Position numbers and translations under genes: made by a program | In this document: positions 37,288-48,206 of the stretch, piece after piece | Numbering within the stretch: position 1 is the stretch's first letter | Layout: each line of letters begins with the position of its first letter | NCBI GenBank assembly: GCA_963794305.1 | Contig: CAWCDQ010000045.1 | Coordinates: 64,138 to 128,137, forward strand | DNA: 64,000 bases | DNA from: an uncultured Acidobacteriota bacterium | GTDB taxonomy: Bacteria; Acidobacteriota; Vicinamibacteria; Vicinamibacterales; CAVVIG01 | Direction: 5' to 3' | The notes under the pieces: generated by a model | Told to the model about the DNA's origin: nothing | Databases searched by the model: none | Seen by the model: the letters and a program-made list of their open reading frames with translations, nothing else

Positions 37288-39304
37288 TCACATTCGATTC
37301 GGGATGTCTATGCCCATCAGATCGAGCGCCCGCGTGAGCTGCGCGCGCACGTATGCCACACCGGCGGCGCGCCACCGCTTCCGATCCGCGTCTTCTTCGC
37401 CCAGGATCGGATACCGATGGTAGAACGCGTTGAACGTCTGCGCCAGCCCGAACGTGTACTTGGCCAGGCCCGAGAACTCCAGCGATCGGACGACCGACTC
37501 GACTACCTCATCCAGGCGCGATGCCTCGAAGACCACGGCCCACAGGTCGTGGGTCGGGTCGTCGGACCCTTCGGCGAGCTCGCTGGCTGACGCCGGGTCG
37601 AGCCCTGCAAGCACGTCCGCCTCCGAGACGCCTTCGCGTTCCTGCAGCTTGTGCAGGATATTGCGCGCGCGGACGACGGCGTACTGCAGGTACGGGCCGG
37701 TCTCACCTTCGAAACTCAGCGCCTCTTCGATGTCGAACACGATCAGCTTGCCGCGGGAGAACTTCAGCATGAAGTACCGGATCGCCGCGACGGCGATCTG
37801 CGCGCCGGCGCGCTGGCACTCCTCCGGAGGTGAACTCAGGGTTGCGCTGCGCGACCTCGGCCGCCGCCTTGTTCGTCAACAGGTCGAGCAGATCGTCAAT
37901 CTTGACGCCGAGCCCCTTCCGTCCGGAGACCTCGACGAACGGCTTCCGCGCGTCTTCCGCCGCTGTTTCGTAGCCCAGTTCGCGCGCCGTCGCGTGCGAC
38001 AGCGCGACCATCTCGTAGGAGAAATGAATCGAGTTCTCGGCTTCCGTCGGATGTCCCAGCGTCCGCAGCGCCTGGCTGAGCAGCGCCTGCAGATACATCT
38101 GCCGCGAGTCGATGACGTTGAAGATCCGTCGTGCGTTTCCGAACGATGGCGCTCCCGGATCGGTGTCTGCCGAGGTCGTGGCCCACAACGAACGCTCATG
38201 CGCCTGCATCGCGAATCGCCGATAGCGGAAATCGAGACCAAGGAGCCCGAACTTCCAGAACTGGTTGGCGAGATCCTTGCCAACGTAGGTGACGACGCCG
38301 TTCGAGCGGACGATGACTTTCTCTCGCTGCTCGGGATCCTCGCCCTCGTCGGACTGGTCCGCGGCTGGTTGTCCGTCCGCGCTCTTCGCGGTTCCGTCGT
38401 CGATTCGCATGACCCAGCAGCCGGCGAGCTTGCCTTCCGTTTGCAGGAACACCGCTCCCTGGGCTTTCAGCGTTTCGAAGGCGTGCGTCCAGAAGTGCAG
38501 GCGCAGGATGTCGCCCTCGTAGGTCAGCAGGTCGTAACCGATGTTGAGGCGCGCCATCGTCTTCAGGTGCGCGCGGACGATGCGATCGACGATGAACGTG
38601 CCCATCGCGGCGGTGTCGTTGCCGCCGTGCTCGAGGTCGTGCAGAACGGCGGCGCGGATGGCCAGGCGCTGCTTGTCGCCGTCGTACCATTCGGTGACCC
38701 TGGAGTACAGATCCCAGCAGTAGTAGTCGAAGCGCGTGGTGTCCGCGATCGTTCGCACGGCGTCGAGCGTCAGCTGTTCGATCTCCCGGAACCCGACGAT
38801 GACGTCGGCCACCTGAACGCCCGTGTCGTCGATGTAGTTCTGGGTCTCGACCGGCGTGCCGCGGAAACTCAAGGCCCGCACCAGCGTGTCGCCGAGCGCC
38901 GCATTGCGGAGGTGGCCGATGTGCGCGGCCTTGTTCGGGTTGATCGCCGTGTGCTCGACGATGGTTTTCTCCCGCGCTTCCAGCGCCGGTGTCACCTGTT
39001 GACGAACGCGGGCGGTGAAGAACGGAGCGCGCTCGATGTACAGATTCAGGTAGCCGTTCGGCGTCGCGACAACGCGGGCGATGCCTGGAATGTCGCCAAG
39101 CGCCTGGCTGAGTTCCTGCGCGATGTTTCGCGGCGCCTTACGAAGGACGCGGGCGAGCTGGAAAGCGACGGGCACGGCGAGATCGCCAAGGGTTCGCGTC
39201 GGCGGGACTTCGATGGCGAACGCCGGCACATCGGCGACGCCGAAGTGTTTCCGGATCGCCTCGCTGATGGCGTCGTGAACGTGTCGTTGAAGGCTGAGAA
39301 TCAT
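37288..39304 (-). CDS. argS: Arginine--tRNA ligase (apparent frameshift)
   Basis: ORF 37703..39304 (N-terminal part, INPNKAAHIGHLRNA) and ORF 37288..37770 (C-terminal anticodon-binding part). They join at about 37828 (NPEFT|PEECQRAGAQIAVAAIRYFMLKFSR); one extra base. Confidence 0.9.
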
Positions 39305-39432
39305 GTACGGGTTGCGTGCGAGCCGGCGCCGGGGCGCGCTAAGCTCGTGATACGATTACAGTTTGTGACCTTGAAGCGCCCCGGGATCCGCGTAGTCGGC
39401 CGGCGTGTTGACTCATGGCATCTTAACCTGAC

Positions 39433-40038
39433 ATGCGAGAAGCCGGCATAGGCCGAGTGCTCGTCGCCAGCCTGCATCAGGGGATCGCGGACATCCTGCC
39501 GTCCCGGCTGACGTTCTATGAAAACTGGCTCAACGCCGAAGGGCTCCGCGAAGGCACCATCGGCCTTGCGCCACTCTACGCCGTTCTGAGTTTCCTGCGA
39601 CAGGAAGGCGACGCCTACAAGCTGATTACCACCCGCGCCGGGGAGTACGCCGCAGACTGGACGGTGCAGTCGCTGCCGCCGTTCCAGCAGGCGATGCTGA
39701 AACGCGCGCCGCTGTGGCTCCGCAGGCGGCTCCTGCTGCGCCTGGCGCGGCGCCTCGTGAGCAACTGCTACAAGGGCAGCCGCGCGATCTCGCGCCTGCG
39801 CGGCGTGACGGCTCGCGTCGAATTGCGCGCGTCGGTGTTCTGCACGGTTCGCGAAAGGGTTCCGTATCCTCTGTGCGGCTTCTACCGTGCCGCATTCACC
39901 AGGCTGCTGGCGCTCTTCGACATCAGCGCCAGCACCGAGATCGTCACCTGTCGCGGTGCCGGCGAGACGACGTGCGTGTTGAACGTGTCGATCGCCAGCC
40001 CGGAAGCGTTGGGATCCGCATCCGTCGAGGCACTATGA
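39433..40038 (+). CDS. Hypothetical protein (201 aa); weak resemblance to V4R-type ligand-binding domains
   Basis: ORF with the Cys-containing C-terminus CGFYRAAFTRLL...VTCRGAGETTCVLNV. The function call is weak. Confidence 0.45.
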   Translation: MREAGIGRVLVASLHQGIADILPSRLTFYENWLNAEGLREGTIGLAPLYAVLSFLRQEGDAYKLITTRAGEYAADWTVQSLPPFQQAMLKRAPLWLRRRLLLRLARRLVSNCYKGSRAISRLRGVTARVELRASVFCTVRERVPYPLCGFYRAAFTRLLALFDISASTEIVTCRGAGETTCVLNVSIASPEALGSASVEAL

Positions 40039-41668
40039 CGCGGTGGCTCATCGCCGTCTGGTCTCGCGCTGACGCTGGTGGTTCCCGGGCTTGCCGCACA
40101 GTCGGGGACAGCGACGAGCGCCGGACCCGCCGCTTCGTCTTCGCGGGTCCTCGTCATGCCGTTCGAGAACGTCACGCCGTGGAGGGCCGTTGTTCTGGCT
40201 CACCGAGGCCTCTGCCGTGCTGCTGGCCGACGACCTCAACGCGCTCGGCGCCAGCGCGATCACACGGACGGAACGGCAGCAGGCGTTCGAACGCCTTCAG
40301 GTCCCGCCAGCCTCCGTCCTGACCGACGCCACCGTCATTCGGATTGGGCAGCTGGTCGGCGCATCTCAGGTCGTCATGGGATCGCTGCTGATGGACGGCG
40401 ATGCGCTGGTGGTTCACGCGCGGAGCATCGCCCTCGACACCGGGCGCGTGAGGGCCGATGTCACCGAGCGCGGACCGTTGCCCGAACTGTTCATCACGTT
40501 CGAACGGATTGCACGCCGCATGGCGCTCCCCACGTCGACTTCGTCGGCCGACCTCGAAAAGCAGCACCCGCCGGTGGCCGTCTTCGAGGCGTTCATCAAG
40601 GGACTGCTCGCGGACACGCCGGCGACCGCGGTCGGCTACCTGCGAGCCGCGCTGGCCGGACAGCCGTCATTCGATCGCGCGCGCCTCGCGCTGTGGGACG
40701 TCTACGCGGAGCAGGGCGATCACGCGCTGGCGCTCGCCGCCGTCGAGTCGGTCGCCGAGGAGTCTCCCTGGTTCCGTCGCGCCCGGTTCCTCGCCGGCTT
40801 GTCGCAGTTGAACCTGAAGAAGTACGACGATGCGTTCGCGACGTTCAGCGCGCTGGCGGCTGTCGACCCGTCGCCTGCGCTGCTGAACAACCTCGGCGTC
40901 GTGCAACTCCGCCGCGGCGGCACGCCGCAGGGCGGCCAGCCGGCCTATTTCTTCACCAAGGCCGCCGAGGCCGACCGCGACGACGAAGATTTCCTGTTCA
41001 ACCTCGGGTACGCGTACTGGTTCGATCGCGACCCGCCGGCGGCGACCTATTGGCTGCGCGAGGCGGTGCGGCGCAACCCCGCCGACGCCGACGCGCATTT
41101 CGTGCTCGCTGCCTCGCTGACCGCCGGCAACAACAACGCCGAGGCGGCGCGCGAGCGTGAACTGGCCCATCGTCTTTCGGACGCCTACGCGCCGTCCGCG
41201 CGTCCGGGCGGAGATGCCGTGCCCAGGGGGCTCGAACGCCTCAAGCCTCAAGTCGAGCTCCCGCACGCGAGGCAGATCGACGCCCGGCTCACGAGCGGCG
41301 AGCAGCGGAACAGCGACGAGATCGCGCGCTTCCGCCTCGAACGCGCCCAGAGGCTGTTTCAGCAGGAGAACGACCGCGAGGCGATTGTCGAATTGAACCA
41401 CGCGATCTACGTCTCGCCGTACCTCGCCGAGGCGCACCTGCTGCTCGGCCGGTCGCTGCTCCGAACGGGACGCGTCCACGAAGCGATCGACGCCTTCAAG
41501 ATCGCGCTGTGGAGCACCGAGACGGCCGAGGGGCACGCGGCGCTTGGCGAGGCCTACCGCCAGGCGAAGGACCTCGACGCGGCGCGGGCCGAAGCCGGAC
41601 GCGCGCTCGTGCTCGATCCGTCGTCGGTCGAAGCCAGGGAGCTGCTGGCGCGAATCGATGGCCGTTAG
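40035..41668 (+). CDS. Secreted TPR-repeat protein (two apparent frameshifts near the 5' end)
   Basis: ATG 40035 (MTRWLIAV, frame 0), extra base about 40059 to frame 1 (GLALTLVVPGLAAQS...VMPFENVT), extra base about 40177 to frame 2 (ORF 40091..41668: GGPLFWLTEASAVLLADDLNALG..., several TPR units). Confidence 0.7.
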
Positions 41669-41670
41669 AT

Positions 41671-41695
41671 CCGGAAGTCGTGCAACGACATCCGG
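41671..41695 (+). terminator. Hairpin immediately after the TPR gene stop
   Basis: ccggaagtcgt-gca-acgacatccgg (10 of 11 bp paired), no U-tract. Confidence 0.3.
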
Positions 41696-41716
41696 GTCAA
41701 GAGCGCTCTAACGTGC

Positions 41717-41722
41717 TAAAAT
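41717..41722 (+). promoter_or_regulatory. Extended -10-like element (TGcTAAAAT) 10 nt upstream of the SPOR-gene GTG
   Basis: acgTGcTAAAATcacgctggttGTG; suggests a leaderless or near-leaderless mRNA. Confidence 0.3.
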
Positions 41723-41732
41723 CACGCTGGTT

Positions 41733-42504
41733 GTGGCGCAACAGATCCAGGACGAGGGCTTTCACGAAATTCAGCTGAACGGGAAACAGCTGGTGTTCCT
41801 GTTCATGGCCGCGACGGTCGTCTCGGTCGTGATCTTCCTGTGCGGCGTGCTCGTCGGGAGAGGCGTCAAGGCTCAGCTGAACAACGTCGCCGAGAACACA
41901 CCGGCCAGCAGCGTGGCCGAAACGACACCCACGCAGCCCCCGACGCCGGCGCCGGTGCCCGCGGCCGGGTCCGATCCCACGACGGCGCCACCGCCGCCGG
42001 CCGCCGACGAGCTCAGTTATTTCAATCGCCTGGAGAAGCCGAACGCCGCCGCGCAGAGCAGCTGAAGACCGGCCGACCGCGGTGCAAAGGCCGAGCAGCG
42101 GGAAGCGCCGGCTGCCGCGCCGCCGCGAACGCCGCCTCCGGCTCCGCCTCCTGCAGCGGTCAAGGCGGCCCCGGAGCCGGCCGCGCCGCCAGCTCCGCCC
42201 GCTCCCGCACCGGCACCCGTCGCGGCGCCTGTCAGCGACGCCTGCACCGGCGGCATCGTCGGCCGAACCGGGTGGGCAGGGGTTCGCCGTGCAGATTGCC
42301 GCATTGAACGTGCGGAGCGAGGCCGATGCCATCGCGAAGCGACTCAGCTCGAAGGGCTACACCGCGTACGTGCTGACGCCGGCCAGCGGCGCGCCGTCGG
42401 TGTTCCGCGTTCGCATCGGCAAGTTCAACACCCGCCGGGAAGCCGAGAACGTCGCGGCCAGACTGCAAAAAGAAGAGCAGTTCAAGCCGTGGGTCACCCG
42501 CTAA
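41733..42504 (+). CDS. SPOR-domain cell-division protein (in-frame TGA plus frameshift)
   Basis: ORF 41733..42065 (TM helix LVFLFMAATVVSVVIFLCGVLVG). The same frame continues after the TGA at 42063-42065 as a Pro/Ala-rich linker. It then shifts (42200-42270) into ORF 42082..42504 (GFAVQIAALNVRSEADAIAKRLSSKGYTAYV...FRVRIGKF = SPOR). Confidence 0.65.
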
Positions 42505-42554
42505 CGGCTCCACCGTTCCGGGCTTCCGAACTCAAGTAGTACACTGATCGCGAG

Positions 42555-44120
42555 TTGTCCTCGCGTTTATCGTACGCGCTGGCGGTGGCGTCCGGTGCGC
42601 TGCTGGCGCTGAGCTTTCCGAAATTCGGTCACGCTGCCGTCGGGTGGATCGCCCTCGCGCCGCTGCTGCTGGCGCTGTCGGGCGCCACGCTGCGGCGCGC
42701 CTTCGTGCTTGGCCTGCTGACCGGCGTGGTGTATTTTGCCGGCACGCTGTACTGGATCACCGATGTGATGGTGATGTACGGCGACTTGCCGCGCTGGATC
42801 GCCGGGTCCCTGAACGCGGCGCTCATCCTGTACCTCGCGCTCTTTCCCGCGATCTTCGCGCTCGTCGTGCGCCGCATCGTGATCGCGCACGGTCCGGGCT
42901 GGCTGATGACCGCGCCGATCGTCTGGGTCGCCACCGAACTCGGCCGCACCTACATATTCCCCGGCGGCTTTCCGTGGGTCCTGCTCGGGTACAGCCAGAC
43001 CACGGTGCTGCCGATCGCGCAGTTTGCGAGCGTCTTCGGCGTCTACGGCGTGTCGATGCTGGTGGCGTCGGTCAGCGCGGCATGCGCGACGGCGTTCCTC
43101 TCGCCGGAAACCGGACACGTCCCATCGACCGGCGTTCGCTCGAGCGGCATCTTCGCTGGCAGCCGCGCGTCCCTGGTCTGCGTCATCATCGCGGTCCTCG
43201 CGATCGCCGCGTGGGGGAGCCGTCGCGTCGCGGTCGCGGAGTTGACGCACGCCGGCGACCCGATCCGCGTGGGCATCGTGCAGGGCAACATCGACCAGGC
43301 GGAGAAATGGAAGCCCGCCCGCGCCGCCGCCATCTTCCAGGACTACCTGGGCATGACCCGTCAGGCGATTCGCGAAGGGGCGGAGCTGATCATCTGGCCC
43401 GAGTCGTCCACGCCGTTCCGGTTCGAGGACGATCCGCTGGGCGCCGCGCAGATCCGCACCCTGGCGCGGCAGGCGCGGGTTCCCATCCTGTTTGGCAGCG
43501 ACCAGTTCGTGCGCGACGCCGCCGGTCGGCCGACCACGTTCTACAACTCGGCGTTTCTCGTGGGCCCGGACGGCGCGACGGCCGGCGTCTATCGCAAGAT
43601 GCACCTGGTGCCGTTCGGCGAGTACGTGCCGGCCAAGAAGCTGCTGTTCTTCGCCGCGCCGCTGGTCGAAGCGGTGTCGGATTTCTCGGCCGGTACCGAG
43701 GCGGTGCTGCTGCCGGTCGGGCGCCATCGGCTCAGCACGGCGATCTGCTACGAGGTGGTCTATCCGGATCTCGTCCGGCGCTTCGTGGCCGGCGGCAGCG
43801 AGATGCTGACGACCATCACGAACGACGCCTGGTACGGGCGATCGTCGGCGCCGCATCAGCACTTCGAGCAGGCGGCGATGCGCGCGATCGAGGAAGGGCG
43901 CTATCTGGTGCGCTCGGCCAACACCGGCGTCAGCGGCATCGTGGATCCCTACGGCCGGGTGCTCGCGCGCAGCGGCATCTTCGAGCCGGCCGTCCTCGTG
44001 GGCGAGGCCCGCTTCCTGACGACGTCGACGTTCTACGCGAGGCACGGCGACATCCTGGCGTATGCGTCGGTGGTGGCGACGGCGCTGCTGTTGCTGTTGG
44101 CGCGCCGGCACACCGTGTAA
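42555..44120 (+). CDS. lnt: Apolipoprotein N-acyltransferase
   Basis: 521-aa intact ORF with a multi-TM N-terminal half and a CN-hydrolase domain (IIWPES, ...TAICYE...). Confidence 0.9.
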   Translation: MSSRLSYALAVASGALLALSFPKFGHAAVGWIALAPLLLALSGATLRRAFVLGLLTGVVYFAGTLYWITDVMVMYGDLPRWIAGSLNAALILYLALFPAIFALVVRRIVIAHGPGWLMTAPIVWVATELGRTYIFPGGFPWVLLGYSQTTVLPIAQFASVFGVYGVSMLVASVSAACATAFLSPETGHVPSTGVRSSGIFAGSRASLVCVIIAVLAIAAWGSRRVAVAELTHAGDPIRVGIVQGNIDQAEKWKPARAAAIFQDYLGMTRQAIREGAELIIWPESSTPFRFEDDPLGAAQIRTLARQARVPILFGSDQFVRDAAGRPTTFYNSAFLVGPDGATAGVYRKMHLVPFGEYVPAKKLLFFAAPLVEAVSDFSAGTEAVLLPVGRHRLSTAICYEVVYPDLVRRFVAGGSEMLTTITNDAWYGRSSAPHQHFEQAAMRAIEEGRYLVRSANTGVSGIVDPYGRVLARSGIFEPAVLVGEARFLTTSTFYARHGDILAYASVVATALLLLLARRHTV

Positions 44121-44129
44121 AATAACGTC

Positions 44130-45268
44130 ATGTCCACAGTCGACGAGTTGATGCGCCGCTACGAGGATCTCAGCAAACGTGCTTCCGATCTTCGGAGTTA
44201 TCTTTGAGGCGACACGGCCTGACGAAGAACTGACCCGCCTCGACGTGCGCGCCGCTTCGCCCGATTTCTGGAAGGATCAGGCGGAAGCGCAGAAAGTCCA
44301 GCAGCGCCGCCGCCGCATCGAGCAAGATCGCGATCTCATTCTCTCGCTCAAGAAGAAGAGCGACGATCTCGCCGTGCTCATCGAATGGGCCGAGGCGGGC
44401 GAGCCGGTGGACGCCGAATTCGCGGCGGGACTCGACGCGCTCGACCAGGAGGTCCAGGCGGGCGAGATCAAGAAGATGCTCGGCGGCGAGCACGATCGCA
44501 AGAACGCCATCATCACCATCCATCCCGGCGCCGGCGGCACCGAGTCTCAGGACTGGGCGGAGATGCTGCTCCGCATGTACATGCGGTGGACCGATCGCCG
44601 CGGGTTCAAGCGCGAGATCATGGACTACCAGCCGGGCGAAGAGGCCGGTCTGAAGAGCGCGACGGTGATGGTCACCGGCGAGTACGCCTACGGCCTGCTT
44701 GCCGCCGAAGCCGGCGTCCACCGCCTGGTGCGCATCTCGCCCTTCGATCAGGCGGCGCGCCGGCACACCTCGTTCGCGTCGCTGTACGTCTGGCCCGAAC
44801 TGCCCGAGGACGTCGACATCGTCATCGACGACAAGGACATCCGCATCGACACGTTCCGGTCGAGCGGCGCCGGCGGCCAGCACGTCAACGTCACCGACTC
44901 GGCCATCCGGATCACGCACCTGCCGACCGGCCTGGTGGTGTCGTGCCAGAACGAGCGATCGCAGCACCGCAACAAGGACTCGGCGATGAAGGTCCTCAAG
45001 GCGCGGCTCTACGACATCAAGATGAAGGAGAACCAGGCCAAGCTGGATCAGATCAGCGGCGTCAAGAAGGAGATCGGCTTCGGCAGCCAGATCCGGAGCT
45101 ATGTCCTGCATCCGTACCAGCTGGCCAAGGATCACCGGACGAAGGAATCGATCGGCGACGTCGATGCGCGTGCTCGACGGCGATCTCGATGCGTTCATCA
45201 AGTCGTACCTGATGAAGAAGTCGAACGGCACGCTCGGCCAGGCCACGCCTGACGAGGATCTTGACTGA
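44130..45268 (+). CDS. prfB: Peptide chain release factor 2 (programmed +1 frameshift at 44202-44208; a second, unprogrammed frame break near the 3' end)
   Basis: ATG 44130, 25 codons, then CTT TGA G preceded by GGAGTTAT (compare E. coli AGGGGGUAUCUUUGAC). It continues in ORF 44179..45252 (SPF and GGQ motifs: RSSGAGGQHVN). An extra base at about 45169 separates GDVDA from VLDGDLDAFIKSYLMKKSNGTLGQATPDEDLD* (stop at 45266-45268). Confidence 0.92.
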
Positions 45269-46870
45269 GCCGCCTTCGCGCCCCGCGGGGCTTCGGCGCG
45301 CCGAGCGCTCGCGGGCCGGCGGGGCTGCCCTGGTCGCCGCCGGCATCCTTCTCAGCCGGATCGCCGGCCTGATCCGTCAGCGCGTCTTCTCGCACTACTT
45401 CGGTCTGCGCACCGACGCGGCCGACGCCTTCACCGCCGCGTGTGCGCATTCCCAACTTCCTGCAGAACCTGTTCGGCGAGGGCGCGCTGTCAGGCTCGTT
45501 CATCCCCGTCTATGCGGCGCTGGTCGCGCGCGGCGAGCGGCGCGAGGCCGACCGCGTCGCCGGCGCCGTTGCTCGCGATGCTCGAGCCTGATCGTCTCCG
45601 TGCTCGTGCTCGTCGGCGTGTTCGCGACGCCGCTGCTCATCGACGCGATCGCGCCGGGATTTCACGGCAGCAAGCGCGAGCTGACGATCGCCATCGTGCG
45701 CGTGCTGTTTCCCGGCGACCGGCATGCTCGCGATCTCCGCGTGGTGCCTCGGGATCCTGAACAGCCATCACAAGTTCCTGCTGTCGTACGCGAGCGGCGT
45801 GGTGTGGAACGCCGCGATGATCGCGACGCTGATCGTGTTCGGCGCCGGCACGACGCTGCCGCGGCTGGCGGTGCTGCTGGCGTGGGGCTCGGTCGCCGGC
45901 AGCGCGCTGCAGTTCCTGGTGCAGCTGCCGGTCGTGCTGCAGGTCGCGCCGGATCTTCGGCTGGCGCTCGACACGACGTCCACGCACGTGCGGACGATCG
46001 GACGCAACTTCCTGCCGGTGGTCGATCAGCCGCGGCGTCAACCAGGTGAGCGCTGTACGTCGATCAGGTGATCGCCAGCTGGCTCAGCACCGGCGCGGTA
46101 ACCGGCCTGCAGAACGCGTCGACGCTCTACACGCTGCCGGTGAGCCTGTTCGGGATGTCGGTGTCGGCAGCCGAGCTGCCGGCGATGTCGGGGATCGCCA
46201 GCGCCGATCCGGCGTCGATCGAGGCGGTCCGCGTGCGCCTGGACGCGGGTCTTCGCCGCATCGCGTTCTTCGTCGTCCCGTCCGCGGTCGCCTTTCTCGC
46301 GCTCGGCGACGTCGTCGTCGGCGCGCTGTTTCAGACCGGCCGGTTCAACCACAGCGACTCGATCTACGTGTGGCGGATTCTGGCGGGATCGTCCGTGGGA
46401 CTTCTCGCCTCGACGCTCGGCCGCCTCTACTCCTCGACCTACTACGCGTTTCGCGACACCCGGACGCCGCTCCGCTACGCCGCCATCCGCGTGGCGCTCA
46501 CGACCGTGCTCGGGTATTTCTGCGCGATTCCGCTCCCCGGGATCCTCGGCATCGCCCCCGAGTGGGGAGCCGCAGGGCTGACCGCGTCGGCCGGCGTCTC
46601 GGGTTGGGTCGAAATGCTTCTGCTGCGCTCCACGCTGAACGCCCGAATCGGGAAGACCGGGTTGCCGGCCGCGTTACGTCGCGCAGCTCTGGGGATCGGC
46701 GATCGCCGCGGCCGCGATCGCCTGGGGCGTCAAGCTGGCGCTGCCGTCGCTGCATCCGGTCGTGACGGCGATCCTCGGTACTCGGCCCGTACGGCGTCGC
46801 CTTCCTCGCGATGACGCTGGCGCTGCGAGTCCCTGAAGCATCGAGCTCCCTGGCACGCCTGCGACGCTAA
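45261..46870 (+). pseudogene. murJ: Lipid II flippase MurJ, interrupted by eight single-base insertions
   Basis: The reading frame must be advanced by +1 at about 45441, 45571, 45587, 45717, 46024, 46054, 46676 and 46778. This recovers a colinear MurJ sequence (AGILLSRIAGLIRQRVFSHYFG...RIPNFLQNLFGEGALSGSFIPVY...LFPGTGMLAISAWCLGILNSHHKF...ISRGVNQVSAYVDQVIASWL...LALRVPEASSSLARLRR*). Confidence 0.8.
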
Positions 46871-46927
46871 GGACGCCGGCGTCAGGTTAATTCCGCGGAT
46901 GATCTGTTTAGAGGAAGGCCAACGGAA

Positions 46928-46999
46928 GTAGTGCGGACCTTCAGGTCCGCCGTGTCGGGCAGGCCTGAAGGCCTGCACTACTTCGGAGTGAAAACGCCG
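46928..46999. repeat. Composite palindromic REP-like element, copy 2
   Basis: gtagtgc-ggaccttcaggtccgc...gcaggcctgaaggcctgc-actac plus the tail ttcggagtgaaaacgccg. The core is inverted relative to the copy at 16599-16670 while the tail keeps its orientation. Confidence 0.8.
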
Positions 47000-47035
47000 T
47001 AGCAGAGGCGAATGTAGCTCGCGTCGCGCGATCGG

Positions 47036-47602
47036 ATGGCGGGTGAGTGTATGCTGTCGTTCATGCAGCGAATCGTTCAGCGTTCACTCGTCGCCCTCGC
47101 GGCTCTCGCGCTCATCGTCGTCGGCCTTGACGCGCAGCAGGTCACGAAGCGGCAGATCGAAGGCGTGTCGACATTCGCGCAGCTCGATACGACGATCGCG
47201 TGCGGCGGCGCGACCCGGCCGGAGGCGATTCCCGAACTGGGGAAGATGGGTTTCAAGTCGGTGATCAACCTCCGGCTCGCCGGCGAAGAAGGCGCCCAGG
47301 TGGAGCAGGAAGGCGAAGCGGTGAGGGCTGCCGGAATGAGGTACGTGCATCTGCCGTTCAACGTGCAGACGCCGGATCCGAAACTGGTGGACGACTTCAT
47401 CGCGGCGGTGACGCTCCCCGCCAACCAGCCGGCCTATGTTCACTGTGCCGCAGGCGGCCGGGCAGCGGCGATGTGGATGATCAAACGGGTCGTGGCCGAC
47501 CACTGGGACGAGCAGCGCGCGCTCACGGAGGCCAACGCGCTCGGGCTCAACGATCGCCTGCGGCCGTTCGCGCTCAACTACATCCACACGCACGCCAGGT
47601 AG
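47036..47602 (+). CDS. Secreted DUF442/dual-specificity-phosphatase-like protein (CX5R motif)
   Basis: 188-aa ORF (alternative ATGs at 47051 and 47060). Signal peptide, then HCAAGGRAA = CX5R. Confidence 0.65.
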   Translation: MAGECMLSFMQRIVQRSLVALAALALIVVGLDAQQVTKRQIEGVSTFAQLDTTIACGGATRPEAIPELGKMGFKSVINLRLAGEEGAQVEQEGEAVRAAGMRYVHLPFNVQTPDPKLVDDFIAAVTLPANQPAYVHCAAGGRAAAMWMIKRVVADHWDEQRALTEANALGLNDRLRPFALNYIHTHAR

Positions 47603-47626
47603 ACGTTCTGGCTCGCCGGCAGTCCT

Positions 47627-48195
47627 CTATTTCGCCGCAGCGCTCCTGACCGCCTTGATGTAGATGTAGTCGCCGAGCGGCGAGTCGTCGTTGTTCGACG
47701 CGTTGGCGGCCACGTTGAACTGCACCGGGCTCCAGCTGCCGAGGACGGAGCGGTCCACTCCATCGTCCAGCTGTTGGACCCGGGTGTGGCCGCACGCGAG
47801 CCGGTCTGGTTGTGCTGGACGAAGGTGAGTGCCTTGTCCACCGCACCAGGGATGAGCTGCGCGCGCGCGTCGAGCAGCCGCCAGGAGCCCGCCTGCCGTC
47901 CCTTCTGCCGGCCGCCCACGAAACGCGCCGCGATCTCGAAGCCGCCGCGCCGAAGTCCCTGCCGGCTGATCGTGACCGTGATCGGATAGGCCTGATCGGG
48001 CGCGAACGACGCCGGCACACCGTCGAGCGTGAGCGTGCCGCCGGGCGCGTTGATCGGGTTGTCGATGTGGCAGAGGTGACAGGTCTGCTCGCCGAAGCCT
48101 CCGGTCACATTGGGATACGGCCCTTCCTTGAACGCGGAGACCGCCAGCGGGAGAGCGATCACAAAGACTGCGCACGGCGCTAGAATCCGGATCAT
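47627..48195 (-). CDS. Secreted CxxCH (heme-c-type motif) protein (apparent frameshift)
   Basis: ORF 47578..48195 (MIRILAPCAVFVIALPLAVSA...GEQTCHLCHIDNP...) joins ORF 47627..48289 (VQFNVAANASNNDDSPLGDYIYIKAVRSAAAK*) at about 47728. A CCCC run there appears shortened to CCC. Confidence 0.5.
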
Positions 48196-48206
48196 TGGAG
48201 GTCATT

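Noticed and set aside
42063-42065. In-frame TGA as selenocysteine or programmed readthrough.
   Set aside because: No SECIS-like hairpin follows it, the context is a low-complexity linker, and the window is full of simple sequence errors.
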